64,000 nt of DNA from Octopus vulgaris (lineage: Eukaryota), in the NCBI GenBank assembly GCA_951406725.2, contig OX597819.1, positions 86,924,001 to 86,988,000 on the forward strand. Reading direction: 5' to 3'. Below, piece by piece: positions 26,825 to 39,745 of this stretch. The translations under genes and the position numbers were made by a program. The stretch's first letter is position 1. Every line of letters starts with the position of its first letter. The notes below the pieces were generated by a model. That model was not told the origin of the DNA, did no database searches, and saw nothing but the letters and a program-made list of their open reading frames with translations.

Positions 26825-27258
26825 GGCTTCAAATTTTGTTTGAAAGCCAGCAATTTTAGGGAAAGGACTCAGTCTATTATATTAACACCATTGCTTAATT
26901 GGTAAGATTTTAACGACTCAGAAAGAATGAAAAGCAAAGTTGAAATTGATGCCATTTGCACACAGAACGTAAAGCCAGAAGAGATGCTTGCTAAACATTT
27001 TATCCGGCACGCTAACGGTTCTGCCAGCTCGCCATCTTGGATGGGACTTATTGATTTTAAATTTTGGCTCAAGGTCAACTAGTTCGGGGGGTGGGGTGGA
27101 AGGGATAAGTCGATTATATCGAACCCAGTGTTCAACTGGTACTTATTTTATCGATACCGAAAAAATGAAAGGCGAAATCGACGTCGGTGGAATTTGAACT
27201 CAGAACGTGAAGATGGGCAAAATGTTGCTAAGCATTTTACCCGGCGTACTAACGGCAC
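26825..27258 (-). mobile_element. Two tandem SINE family A copies in reverse orientation
   Basis: Reverse complements of the family A head (ctaacggttctgccagctcgcc; atttgaactcagaacgt) occur twice. Confidence 0.75.
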
Positions 27259-27587
27259 TAAATATTGAAAAGTGCTATGTTTAGCGTTCTAATTCTTCAG
27301 CTATTCTTACGAATTCAGCATATCTGTGTACTAAATGCAGAGATGGGGGAATAAAACTTCGTTGATAAAAGGGGGAAAATGGCGACCTTCTTCATTTAGG
27401 AAACAAATTGCTGAGATATATATTCAGAGTCACCATCTGCATGAAAAGCGATACTTAAGTTAATGCTAGCATATATAATATTATGAGCATTAAAATCTGA
27501 TCAGAAAGACTTACGCGGCATGAAAACGACAGTATTAACTAAATTACTGATATTTTAATAATTTCGCACAAATATAGGAGATAAATC

Positions 27588-27636
27588 GGGCCGACTAAAA
27601 CCTTGTAAGTGGATTTGGAAACTGAAAGAAGCTCGT

Positions 27637-27671
<35 letters not shown>

Positions 27672-27855
27672 TCGCGTGTCTGTGTTTGTTTCCCCATCAT
27701 CGCTTGACAGCCGATGTTGTGTTTACGTGTCCGTAACAGCTGTTCGGCAAAAGAGATCGATAGAATAAGTACAGAGAATAAGTCCTGGAGTCGATTTGTT
27801 CGACCAAAGGCGGCGCTCCAGCTTGGCCGAAGTCAAATGGCTGAAACAAGTAAAA
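27588..27855 (+). mobile_element. SINE family B, 5'-truncated
   Basis: gtggatttggaaactgaaagaagc-(TA)n-gtttgtttccccatcatcgcttgac...gctgaaacaagtaaaa. Confidence 0.85.
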
Positions 27856-27917
27856 TAAAAAAAAGGAATAAAAAAATATTATAGTCTTACAAATTTACTT
27901 ATCTTTTATCATTTATC

Positions 27918-28143
27918 TTTTACACGTTTCAGTCATCTGACTGTGACCATGCTGGGGTGTCGCCTTGAAAGGTCTTAGTCGAACAATCGACCTCAGGACT
28001 TATTTTTTTTAAAGTTTAGTACTTATATTCTTATATTATCGGACCTCTTTTGCCGATCCGCTAAGTTACGAGGACGTAAACACACCACTGCCGGTTGTCA
28101 AGCAGTGGTGGGGGACAAACACAGGCACAAAGACACACACACT

Positions 28144-28174
<31 letters not shown>

Positions 28175-28340
28175 CACAGAATTCTTTCAGTTTCCGCTTG
28201 CCAAATCCCCTCTCAAGACTTTGATCGGCCCGTGGTTTATAGTAGAAGACATTTGCTCAAGGCGGCACGTAGTGAGACTGAAACCGGAACTATGTGATTG
28301 GGAAGCAAGCTTCTTACCACATGTCATGTCTAAGGCACGT
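27918..28340 (-). mobile_element. SINE family B, near full length
   Basis: gtttcagtcatctgactg...gccgatccgctaagttacg...(TA)n...agaagacatttgctcaagg...cttaccac. Confidence 0.88.
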
Positions 28341-28811
28341 ATGAATGAAATATTTACATGCATTTTACTTTTGTTTTTAATTAATTTTTCATCTATATAT
28401 GTGCTAGTGTAGTAATTGAATGAGTAATATATAGAACTACATGTATATTTAGTTGTGCTTTTCGGTAACCCACTTAATTCTGCTCACATCTTAACTCACA
28501 CCGCTGCATATAATATGCGGCCGATCTTTCGAGAAGGTTATCTATGTTGTTAGATTGGAATTCTATAAAGAAGGAGAGTCACGTTTCAAACTCAATGTTC
28601 TTCATTCGTTTTCGATCAAATGTTAATTATAGTGCGTAGAAAGAAATTTGATTCGTGAAAGTATTCCTCATTCTTACTATTATCTAAGATGGTATGTAGG
28701 TTCTTATTTTCTTGTGATTACTTCAAAAATTTTGCAATTTCTTTTCAAGATATTCGTTTTGGATTCAAAGCCACTTGCAGACTGGAGCGACAGAAAATGG
28801 ATGACAGGAGG

Positions 28812-29421
28812 TGTTAGAAACAATAATGTTTTATTAAAGAGAGCGTAAGCAAATAAACAGAAGTGACCGAAGATAGGAAACGTAGATTCATGTGTTTATG
28901 AGTGGGTCTTTGTGATTCCATCTTATGTTTAAGGCTCAGCAGTTCTTCGTAGGAGGAACGTGACGCCGTTGCCCTCATTAATGTGGCGACCGTAAAGCTC
29001 TAAAAGGTGGAACCAACTAAATGAAGCAAGATTTGGGACTCAACCTGTTGATGGCGTAAGTAATTAAGAGTAAGATCGGCCGGATGGAGGGTAAACAGAA
29101 TAAAGATGTTAGAATAAGAATAGAATAAAATTGGTGGCACCGAAGACAAGGAAGTAGGTGGGGCTCGCAGACTCTGGTCGCGGGGACGGCGCATACAAAG
29201 AGAAAATCTCCATGATGGAGAGGATGCTTGAGTGACAGGCAATGAGAGAAAGAGTTGAACAGACCTAGAATATGGAGAGTAAGCTAAAGGATGGTTGAGA
29301 ATGAATGTTTATGGTAGCAAGGTAAGTGGCTAGAGGACGGAAGACGATAGACGAGATGATTTCCGATCTGACTCACTGCTTTCATCTTATATAGATCGGC
29401 ATTACATACACAGCTACAACA
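28812..29421 (-). mobile_element. Putative LTR (610 bp)
   Basis: Minus strand runs TGTTGTAGC...AATAAA...TTTCTAACA (TG...CA, poly-A signal about 20 nt from the end) and is preceded by a purine tract aaaggagg. No direct TSD seen. Confidence 0.45.
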
Positions 29422-29796
29422 CCTCCTTTGACTGTTGCTGGTTTGAGGGCCATATCATCACGGCGTAGAAGAATATGGAGAGTGGAGATAAAGAAATAAG
29501 CATCTGAATGATCAAGGAGTACTCTTCTCACATTTGTGAAACGTTAAGTAATGTGATAATGGGTTAAAGTAGGATATGCATGCGAGTGTGTATGTGCGTG
29601 TATGTGTGTGTGTGTGTATGTGCGTGTGTGTGGCATGTGAATGTGTATATGTATGCGCATAATATACATTGTTTCAGTCTTACTTTTTATTTTACGTATT
29701 CATAGCTCAAATACATGCACACACACATATATGCGTATACATACATACATACACACATACATACATACATACATACATACATACATACATACATAC

Positions 29797-30150
29797 AGTT
29801 TGTTTGTGGGCTAAATCTACACATAATACAGTTCCTATCCGTACAGGGGGTTCTACTAAAAGGGTAGGTTCTACCGATTATGGATTTGATAGGGTTGCCT
29901 GGCCTTTCAACAACCTTAATCCTTAGCTTAAGTTTGTCTACGGCCCAGTTCACCTCTAGGAGTGGTGTCGACGAACATGACACTCTGGTATTTGTGGCTA
30001 TCATACCAAGAGTTGGCCTTCCCTATTTTCTTCTTTGTCCTTTCAACAGTGTTCCATGACTTGCTCCTATAGAGTGGGTAAATTCCATTCCTATCATTAC
30101 ATAACACAGTATCAAATTTCTTCATAGCTCCTTTGTATACTCTGATCCTT
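29797..30150 (-). mobile_element. Penelope-like element fragment (RT-to-endonuclease linker with Cys cluster)
   Basis: PLYRSKSW...SVMFVDTTPRGEL...IKVVERPG.PIKSII...PF...CTDRNCIMC across a frameshift; clade not assignable by eye. Confidence 0.55.
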
Positions 30151-30311
30151 TCTTTATGGCTGTAACCTGAGAATTACATGCGGTAAACGAAATGTTGAAT
30201 GTGTCTCTTTAACTCTGTAGGCTAAACTGGCAAAATGACCATTCCTAAATACAACAATATCTGTTTCAACACACGATTTCACGTCAAAAATCTTGCAAAA
30301 CAAATATATAG

Positions 30312-30358
<47 letters not shown>

Positions 30359-30361
<3 letters not shown>

Positions 30362-30469
30362 CCTGCTCGCTTAGCCAGCGGGGTGGCGTCATTCGGAGGG
30401 TAAAACAATGCGAACGCATTGTGACCAGCGATGTGTAACAACATCTGATGGTCTGGTCGGTCACGTGAT

Positions 30470-30477
<8 letters not shown>
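30359..30477 (+). mobile_element. Short non-autonomous retroposon tail sharing its 3' end with the RTE at 42636-43320, inside (TA)n
   Basis: gtgaccagcgatgtg...ctgatggtctggtcggtcacgtgatcacgtgat aligns to the RTE end gtgaccagcggtgt...ctgacggactggtcggtcaaggtgatcaaggtgat. Confidence 0.75.
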
Positions 30478-30536
<59 letters not shown>

Positions 30537-30991
30537 AAGGTGTTTGTGTTCCCACCCACCTACCGTTAATAAATGAAATTCAACAAAACAAATTGCATCA
30601 CTGGCAAGCTAAAAATGCACATCATATCATATTATGTAACTGTTTTAAAAGAATAGTTTGACAATGACTTCGATGTTACAGCCTGCTAACCTTCGTAACC
30701 TCGAAGTTTCTGTCAACCCTATTCTTGAAAAGTAATAATAAATCTCTACTCCACAAAATGTATTGAGTAATCCTCTAAATTAATGTAAAATTGTTTTTCT
30801 AATAATACGACATAAAAAGAAACATTAATATATGTGCGTGTTTATACGAGCACATGTACATGTGTGTGTGTGTGTGTGTGTGTGCATAATGGTCACATGC
30901 ATCCATATTTATTTCTACAAATACAAATATCTCTTTCTATATGTACATATAAAAACATATATATACACACAGATACACACATATTTACATT

Positions 30992-31028
<37 letters not shown>

Positions 31029-31765
31029 ATATATGTATGCATTTATATATGAATGTTCGGGTAGAGATGATTTAAAACGAAGATTCACTTGTTGTGTGAG
31101 AAATCATTCTGAAGGGTAGATGACAAAGATATTGTTACCATAGCAAAGAATTTTTAATATCGTTGAGAATCTGAAAATTTGGCTTCTACACTAACTACGA
31201 AGAAATAAATCGATTTTTCATATGTTGATCTTGTCAGACAACTTTAAAAACACACTACTAAACTGTAGATGATAATCTGTTAATTAAGTTTAAGTAAATT
31301 CATAACGACTGAAAGAGAAAATGTAATTTGTGTATGCTATTTATGTATGTATGTATCTCTCTCTCTCTCTCTCTCTTTCTCTCCCCCCTCCCTCCCCCCT
31401 CTCTCTCTCTCTGTATATAGTCCTGGGCATGACTTTAAACTGCCGCCAGAAGTGGAGCTGTGGTACGAGAGTTCCAAGGTTTTGAGAGCGTGGAACCACT
31501 TCTTAGCTACTGTTGTTCTCAGGTTTACCCTGACTAAGAGTAATAGCAGCTATCGGGATTATAACTATGATTTAACTAGCATATGTGATGACAACCCATC
31601 TGAGCGCAGACACAGAAATATCCTTGGTTGGTGTCAGGGCGTTAAGTAAAACCACTGGAAGTGAGAAACCCCTAGTTGCTATTACACCATCCTTCTAGGT
31701 GAGGGACATTCTGACGTAAAACCTGCGGTTTCACGTGATTATTGGTGACCTCGCTTCGGGTTGTT

Positions 31766-31894
<129 letters not shown>

Positions 31895-33519
31895 GTATAT
31901 AATGTAATCGGTATTCTTCAGTTTGAGTGGCTTAAATGTGTAAAGATCAAACTCTGAAGCCAAACAATATCCACAAACGTAAAATCTGAGAAAGACTTTG
32001 TTTCCTTTATCAAGGTGAGTAAATGGACGATACACATCAGCGAGCAATGAACAGTCATTCAATGTGTCAGCTGCTATTAATGTTGTTTGTTGTTTGTGTT
32101 TAATTGCTGAATTCGTGGTTAAGCATAGAAACGCACCTGCTTCTCATGAGGTTTTCTAATGTAACAATTGACTAAACATGCACAACACTTTATAGCGTGT
32201 CTTAAACTATACAAAATGGCAAAGAATACTTCTTTGTTGGCTTCTAAGCGCAATAGGAGTCGTAGACAGAGTTAATTAAAGCGTTCGGTAAGTTCAGTTG
32301 CCGTAACGGGCGAACAATCTAACTTTTCTTATCTTTACTCATCATCTGAGTGTAAAGAAGAGAAACAGCTGCTGTTGTTTTGGTGAAAGCAAAAGCCCGA
32401 AACGTTAAACTCTTCACTCCTCGAGGCATTTAGAATTATCGGACCATTCTTTTAACTCTTCTATGCATTAGTTATTGGTAAGTAGGGGTTCATCAGCATC
32501 TTCGGATTTTAGATCTTACCCTAATTAAACACTGTTGCTTCTTTCGGCAGTCTTTTTTCCTATCCTATCCAACATATTTACAAATAGCTAGACTGAGTTA
32601 CTTTGGATAAGTCTCATAGCAATGGATAGAAAGTAGTAAGGACAAGTGATAGGATACTAAGCACTGAGCTCTCGATTTGTTATATCCCCATCAATTCGGC
32701 CACTTCCATTCGCGTGCGCTGTATACTTTCGTGTAACTATCAACTTAGACTGTACTGTCGTGTTTTTGTTTTCAAATGTATATTACATCCATTGGCCAAT
32801 TTGACAGGAAAGAACAATGTTGAATTACATGCTTTATAATACATTGTCTGGAGTCAAAAACATTGTTGGACCATTGGGCATCTCAGTGGTACAATAGGTT
32901 ATGGGACACTCTATACTGCAATTAAAGGAGATTGTTTTCTATTCACGGCTGAGTTTGAGCTTTGTATTGCAAGCTAAATTACAGTAATCTTGTATATTCA
33001 AGTGAAGAACTATACATTTGAATGGCTGCTATTTACGTCTGCATAAAATAGACCATTCAAAAGTTAAATGCTTTATTAAGAGACGTGTAGCGACATGACA
33101 GGTCATTTAGTTTGTTAGCTAGAAGTTCAATTATCTCAGTTACTTTCCCAGTTAAACTACTCATAAAGATTTTGAACTATTGTTAAATGAAATACAATTC
33201 AGTTGTAATAAAGAATTAATGAATTAAATTTAATTCGTCATTTTCAAATTTATTCGTATAGTAAATGATTAATCGTTCGAGTAAACAATTGACGAGTAAT
33301 TTCCATAAATTCTTGGCATTTCTGTTCAAATAGTATATGGTAATATTTAAAGGTGTAAATTTTAGATTCTAAGCAAATTTCAATTTGCACTTGCTCAATG
33401 AAATAAATACGTGATAAAGTGCTTAAATCAGTTCTGTGTAAAAGTGAAAAAAAGCTAAAAGGATAAATTTAAAATTAAAAATTTTTCTGTGATTTATTAA
33501 AATACAAGCAAAGCTTGAA

Positions 33520-34625
33520 CAGTTACATTATATTTCAATATAGTCTTCTTTCTTTTCGATTCTCTTCTACCAACGGTCCACAAGCGTGCTTATTCCATCA
33601 GAGAGAAGCGGAAGAGACTAGATCTGTACTGGATGCAGGGTGTTACAGCAACTCGAAACTCAATTCCCCAATGGTTTGAACGATATGGTAGGCCGTATGT
33701 AGGCGTGAATTATCGTACAACAATAAACACTTGCTGTGACAATAGGCCTTGGCGTTCGGTGCGAATGCCTGGTTACGGTTTGCTGACCAGCATTTCACTG
33801 TAGCATACACTGGTGGCTATGGACCCCTTTTCCAGGTGATGTTCCAGTATAGGCCCTTTTGTGTCCCAAGAAACAGTTAGCAATGCTTTTTCTGCAGACG
33901 GTTGAGTGTTGAATTTCTTTTTCGCAGACGATTCCGGGTGTTTCGACTCCATTCTCTGCCTTTGGGATTCTTGCTCAAAGTGATGGGTCCCGGTCTCACC
34001 TCCTGCGACTATTCTCTCAAAAAAAAAACTTCGCTTTCATCGTTGTTGCTTCATCGTGTAAACGTTGACAAACTTCCACACGATTGCGTTTATACTCTTC
34101 GGTAAACTCTCTTGACATTCATCTCACACAGACATTCCAGGAGCGAAGCTTGTCGCGAACGATTTTATATACAGAACCATGACTGATTTACAGAGAATAC
34201 ACCACTTCATCGATGGTTACTTGTCGTTTCGATAATCATCTCTCGAACTTGTTGAATTTTCACGTCAGTGACGGAGGTTGATTGGCGTTCTGCTTCCTCG
34301 TTTGCTTCACGCTACTCTCGCCATTTTTAAACTTCTCTATCCACTCATATAAGCTTCTACACCGTAAAGCGCTATCCTTGTATTGTGCTGAAAGCCCGGC
34401 ACGAATTTCAGTCCCTGACACACCTTCATACCAGAGAAATCGGATCGCTAATATCTGTTCTTCCTTGGTGCACACTTCCAGTGGAGCAGCCATGTTTACT
34501 CTATAACACAAGAAAGAAAACTGGAATGATCAAACCTTGATTATGTAAAAACAAGAATTCCACCTTGCAGAGCGGGATCGCTGAAAGCAGTGCAACCGAC
34601 CTAAAGAAAGTGTTGACAACAGAGC
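33520..34625 (-). mobile_element. Decayed mariner element
   Basis: HTH region EEQILAIRFLWYEGVSGTEIRAGLSAQYKDSALRCRSLYEWIEKFKNG; degenerate GETGTHHF (D1 region), HDNSRLHTA (D2 region) and C-terminal LVDRW.K.IE.KEDYIE. Confidence 0.8.
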
Positions 34626-34855
34626 GGGTAATTTTTTATTTCCCCTGGTACTTTTGTATTTGTAATTGCTTCGAGTGATTTCTTTGGTAAAAGTCTTGCA
34701 AATAGAAAGTGATCTCCCTTTAATAACTGCTGAAATCACTACAGGCAGTATGTTTATGGCCTAACAAGTGGTGCTCGAAGTACATTTTCAACTCTTTGTA
34801 TCGATCAAGTTTCATCATTAATTAGGAACATTATTAAAGCAACAAATGACAGATC

Positions 34856-35291
34856 TGTTAGCATGCCGGACAAAACGCTTAGCAGCATTTCGTCTGTCTT
34901 TACGTGCTGAGTTCGAATTCCGCCGAGGTCGACTTTGCATTTCATCCTTTCGGGGTTGAAAAAGTAAGTACCAGTTAAGCACTGGAGTCGTTGTAATTCA
35001 CGATCCACTTCCCCAAAATTTCCGACTTTGTGTCTGTAGTAGAAAGGATTAATTAGAAACAGTATCAAGGCGGCGAGCTGGCAGAAATGCCGGGCGAAAT
35101 GCTTAGCGGTATTTCGGCTGTCTTTACGTTCTGAGTTCAAATTCCGCCAAGGTCGACTTTGCCTTTCATCTTTTCGGAGTCGATTAAATAAGTACCAGTT
35201 ATGCACTGGGGTCGATATAATCTACTTAATCCGTTTGTCTGTCCTTGTTTGTCCCCTCTGTGTGTAGCCCCTTGTGGGCAGTAAAGAAATA
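34856..35291 (+). mobile_element. Two tandem SINE family A copies (34856-35050 and 35069-35291)
   Basis: Both carry gagttc(g/a)aattccgcc..ggtcgactttgc; their 3' tails differ. Confidence 0.88.
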
Positions 35292-35540
35292 AGAAACATC
35301 AATAACAATTTTGTAAAATTTTTGAGTCAATCAGTTATATAAATATCTCGATCAAATTTATAGAAAGAACGAGTTTGCCTCGGATTGACAAGTTTTCTAA
35401 CGAATTTCAGAAAGTAATAAATGAGGTGGAATAAATTCTTATCAGACCAATTATCCTGCAAACTTAGGACCGGAAATGTCTTAGATTTATAGATTTTACG
35501 GTTTGGTGAAGCAGTATAAATATTTAAAAGTTAAGAACTA

Positions 35541-35702
35541 CCGTATTTTAACGTGTTTAAGGAACCCCCAAATTTTGGGAGGTTAAAACTTTTGGAAACA
35601 GGTTTTGTAAGGGATTATAATACTATCCATGTATAAGAAACTTCCATGTTTTTTTAACCTTATTGTTTACAAAAATGGGTTCCTTATACTCGTTAAATAC
35701 GG
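35541..35702. mobile_element. Tc1/mariner-superfamily (pogo/Tc2-like) MITE
   Basis: TIRs ccgtattttaacgtgtttaaggaaccc / gggttccttatactcgttaaatacgg, flanked by TA on both sides. Confidence 0.85.
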
Positions 35703-36036
35703 TAAATTCTATTTAATCAATTCAAATTGATATGCATCTGAACAAGGGTCTGTTTGATATTTATTAAACTACTTTAAATTCTTAAAATATGCTATAATGC
35801 ACCGGGTAATGTTTATAGACTGAAAATTAAACAAAGCAAAGCGAACATGATTTTATTTAACAAATGCAGGTACAAATTAGTGCAATTCTTAAGCAGGGAA
35901 TGTTAAATCGTTGTCAATTCACTTAAGTAAAGCACAAAACTAGTTTTAACACACCGTATGTAAATTAACCAACTTCAAAAACAAGGTCTATTTACTCAAT
36001 ACAATGTACTCAATACAGTATATTACACGGTATTAA

Positions 36037-36267
36037 GGCGGCGAACTGGCAGAAACATTAGCACGCCGGGCGAAATGCGTAGCCGTATTTCGTCTGCCGT
36101 TACGTTCTGAGTTCAAATTCCGCCGAGGTCGACTTTGCCTTTCATCATTTCGGGGTCGATAAATTAAGTACCACTCACGCACTGGGGTCGATGAAATCGA
36201 CTTAATCCGTTTGTCTGTCCTTGTTTGTCCCCTCTAAGTTTAGCCCCTTGTGGATAGTAAAGAAATA
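36037..36267 (+). mobile_element. SINE family A with a 22-bp target-site duplication
   Basis: aatacagtatattacacggtat at 36012-36033 and 36268-36289. Confidence 0.93.
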
Positions 36268-37557
36268 AATACAGTATATTACACGGTATCCTACTGTATT
36301 TCCGGATTTCTGGAAGACTAATACTCGGTTCAATACTGTACAAAAATGGGGAATGTTGTGGGCGATACTATACCTACTCGGAAAAAAAAATCTTTTCAGT
36401 TTACAACGAACCGAGCATTCCGCAACATAAAATGAGAGCGAGGATCGCTTTCATGCTAGCTATATGGACGAAAAAGATGTGTTACTAAGGACACAAATAG
36501 CAACATCAAAGAAAGATAAACTCATAATTCTTCATCTAGGGAGCTATCGTTATTCCTCATAAATAGAATACGAACGGCTAATGCTGCAAAGTATGCCGGA
36601 GTGCAACGATCGTGATTAAAAATTATGTCAATGGGTGTACTCTTTGTACATAGCAACAGTTATTTTGAACGCCTTCTCGTTAAGAGGTAAAGGGTAGTAT
36701 AACCATTGTACATGCGATTGTTAATTGGTATTGTGAAGTTCAACGTTAATGACATACCACTGAAATAATGTGTACACTCAATAGTGCAAAGAATCATGCG
36801 ATATGTGTGAAGGTCAAGTCACATGTTAAAACTGCATTTGAAAAGGTTCCTTTTTTGTTTTCAACTATTTTAAACAAAGAAATATGACCATCTATAATGA
36901 ATGCATTTATGAGAGAAATGAAAATATGAGAACACACAGTTCTACTGACCTCTGAAGTCACATTCTCACTCATATATACATGCATGCATACACACAAACT
37001 CACACACATATATGCATGTATATATGAATATAATATGGGAAGAATGGCTCTAAAACGACTTGTGAAAGTCCTCGTATAATTGTAAATTCAACATAGAACA
37101 CGAGAATAAGTTAATTATTGAAGGCTGACCTGAAAGTTTGCTACACACTCACTTAGTCTGGGGTTTGATCCTACTACGCAGCTATTTAGTTAATATTCTA
37201 TAATTTACCATGGAGTCAATCCAAACTTATGTTTTGCCAAAAATGTGTGAAAATCCATTAAATGGAGGTTGTGTGTTCATCAGATAGACATAATCCGATA
37301 CCACGCTTAACATCACAACCTGATTATTAGGTTCTTTTAGTGAAATCCATACTCTTGTAAGCATTCATATCTTATCTCTAATTTCTTCCTCTTTTCCTTC
37401 GCCCATTATCAGAACTCCTGAAAATAGGCTAAGTGAACTGCCCTTTCTCAGCCGATTAAACTTTCAAAAAATGTCATCGCTCTACTGCCAGAACAGGAAT
37501 CCTGCAAAGTCGACTCTTCCTTTCATCAATTAGTAGCCAATATAACCAGTACAAATA

Positions 37558-38245
37558 GGGCGGCGAGCTGGTAGAATCGTTAGCACGCTGGGACAAAATT
37601 CTTAGCGACATTTCTTCCATCTTTACGTTCTGAGTTCAAATACTGCTGAGGTCGACTTTGTTTTTCATCCTTACAGGCTCGATAAAACTGAAGTCAATAT
37701 AATTTCTGGTCTTGTGCCAAAATCGGAAACCAATGTTATAAATACTAGTAAATACTGGAATTGCAATTCAGTTGAATATATTGTTCTCCTCTAAAGCTTA
37801 GCTTAATTCTACAGGGGGAAAAAATCATTTTGTTTCCTTCACATCTCAGTTCAAGAAATCATTGCAAGGAGAAAATTTCAATAGATCTGTTTCGTATTTA
37901 TTTATTTTAGAGAGATTTAAAAACAGATTTGATATTGTTAAACATCTCTCAATAAGAGTGAAAAGCTACCACCCTTAGAATCGTTAGAGCGTCAGAAAAA
38001 TTTGTTTTATTGTGCTGCTTCTAAATCTTTACGTTCTGAGTTCAAATCACGCCGAGGTCTCAACTTTATCTTACATTTTCTATTTTTTCTTTTTCTTTTC
38101 TTTCTTTTCTTTTCTTTTTTGTCTTTTTTTTTTTTGCTTGCGGTGTCGATAAAGTAAAGTATCTCCCAAGTACTGCGTTCGGTGATATCGACTTAATCCC
38201 CTTATCCTCAAAAGAGTTGGCCTTATGCCTAAATTAGAACCCATT
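37558..38245 (+). mobile_element. Two diverged SINE family A copies (37558-37733 and about 37975-38245)
   Basis: ggcggcgagctggtagaatcgttagc and ttacgttctgagttcaaat motifs. Confidence 0.75.
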
Positions 38246-38656
38246 AAATAGACAATACATATATACACAACTGTTATTGCTTTTGCTTTCCTGCACAAAT
38301 CACAGTTTTAAAGCGAAACATTTAAATAGCTTATAGCATGCAAAGATTAAACCAGACATCTTTCTCGAGAAATGGGCTGCATCATCAGGCAGACCACACA
38401 AACAAAAGATTCAGGGTAATTTTTCGTTAGGCGTGTCATTCAATATGTTCCGTAGACCGCAGCTTCTACGTAATTAGATCAAATAGATTCTATATTCGAT
38501 TAGACATTAATTTATATTGAATGAAATCCAAGAGAAATATATGAGTTCAATGTTTATTTATTAATGTATTTATGAGGTTACTCAGTGATATGCTTTAGGC
38601 CAGTCCGTGTTACTCATATGAGGAAGGTTCATCTGGGTGGTGATTGAAGGGATTCT

Positions 38657-38862
38657 TTTACTTGTTTCAGTCATTTGACAGTGGCCATGCTGGAGCACCG
38701 CCTTTAGTCGAGCAAATCGACCCCAGGACTTATTCTTTGTAAGCCTAGTACTTATTCTATCGGTCTCTTTTGCCGAACAGCTAAGTTACGGGGACGTAAA
38801 CACACAAGCATCGGTTGTCAAGCGATGTTGGGGGAACAAACACAGACACACAAACATATATA

Positions 38863-38928
<66 letters not shown>

Positions 38929-39095
38929 AACAACAGGCTTCTTTCGGTTTCCGTCTACCAAATCCAGTCACAAGGCTTTGGTCGGCTCGAGGCTATAGAA
39001 GAAGACACTTGTTCAAGGTGCTACGCAGTGGGACTGAACCCGGAACCATGTGGTTGGTAAGCAAGCTACTTACCACTCAGCCACTCTTGCGTCTA
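38657..39095 (-). mobile_element. SINE family B, full length, with internal (CA)n/(TA)n
   Basis: Minus head agtggctgagtggtaagtagc...gggttcagtccc (A and B boxes); conserved body and tail. Confidence 0.92.
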
Positions 39096-39745
39096 TGAAG
39101 AAGAGGCGAACACAATGCCATGCTCAATGATATTAAGATGGTTCTGAAGCCATTTAAGCTCATCCAGCATTGTGGTAAAAAAAGAAGAGGAGACAAAATA
39201 AAAAGGCGGGTAAAAAAGGGGTTACATTTTGGTATTAGTTCGAGAACCAGCGCATTAGTCGGTCATGAGATGACTAACACACAGTTACACATACATACGT
39301 GCGCACACACATATGCATACACTCATACACACCCATACATACCAACATGCACGCTCACACACACACACACGCACGCATACATATCTGCACACACGCACAC
39401 ACAAATCTACATACACGCGCGTGTATGAGAGATACAGCCATGTGAAATAAATAAACTCTTTGTTTATTAGAACCTTAATGCTGTCACTTAAGTGTGAGCT
39501 TAGTAGGTCGTGACCTACTAGGAGAGCAAGCAGATATATATACACGCTTAAGTGTGCGCATGCGCATCGGTGCATGTGAGCTTGTTGTGCCTGTGGCTGT
39601 ATATGCGTGTGTAGATGTATAGTCCCACATAACTTTGTATCACATCTACTAACGATATTAATCTGTATCTGTGTGTGTGTTTTTGTATGCGTATGTGTGT
39701 GTTTGTGTATGCGTGCGTATTTATTAATAATTATATATGGATACA

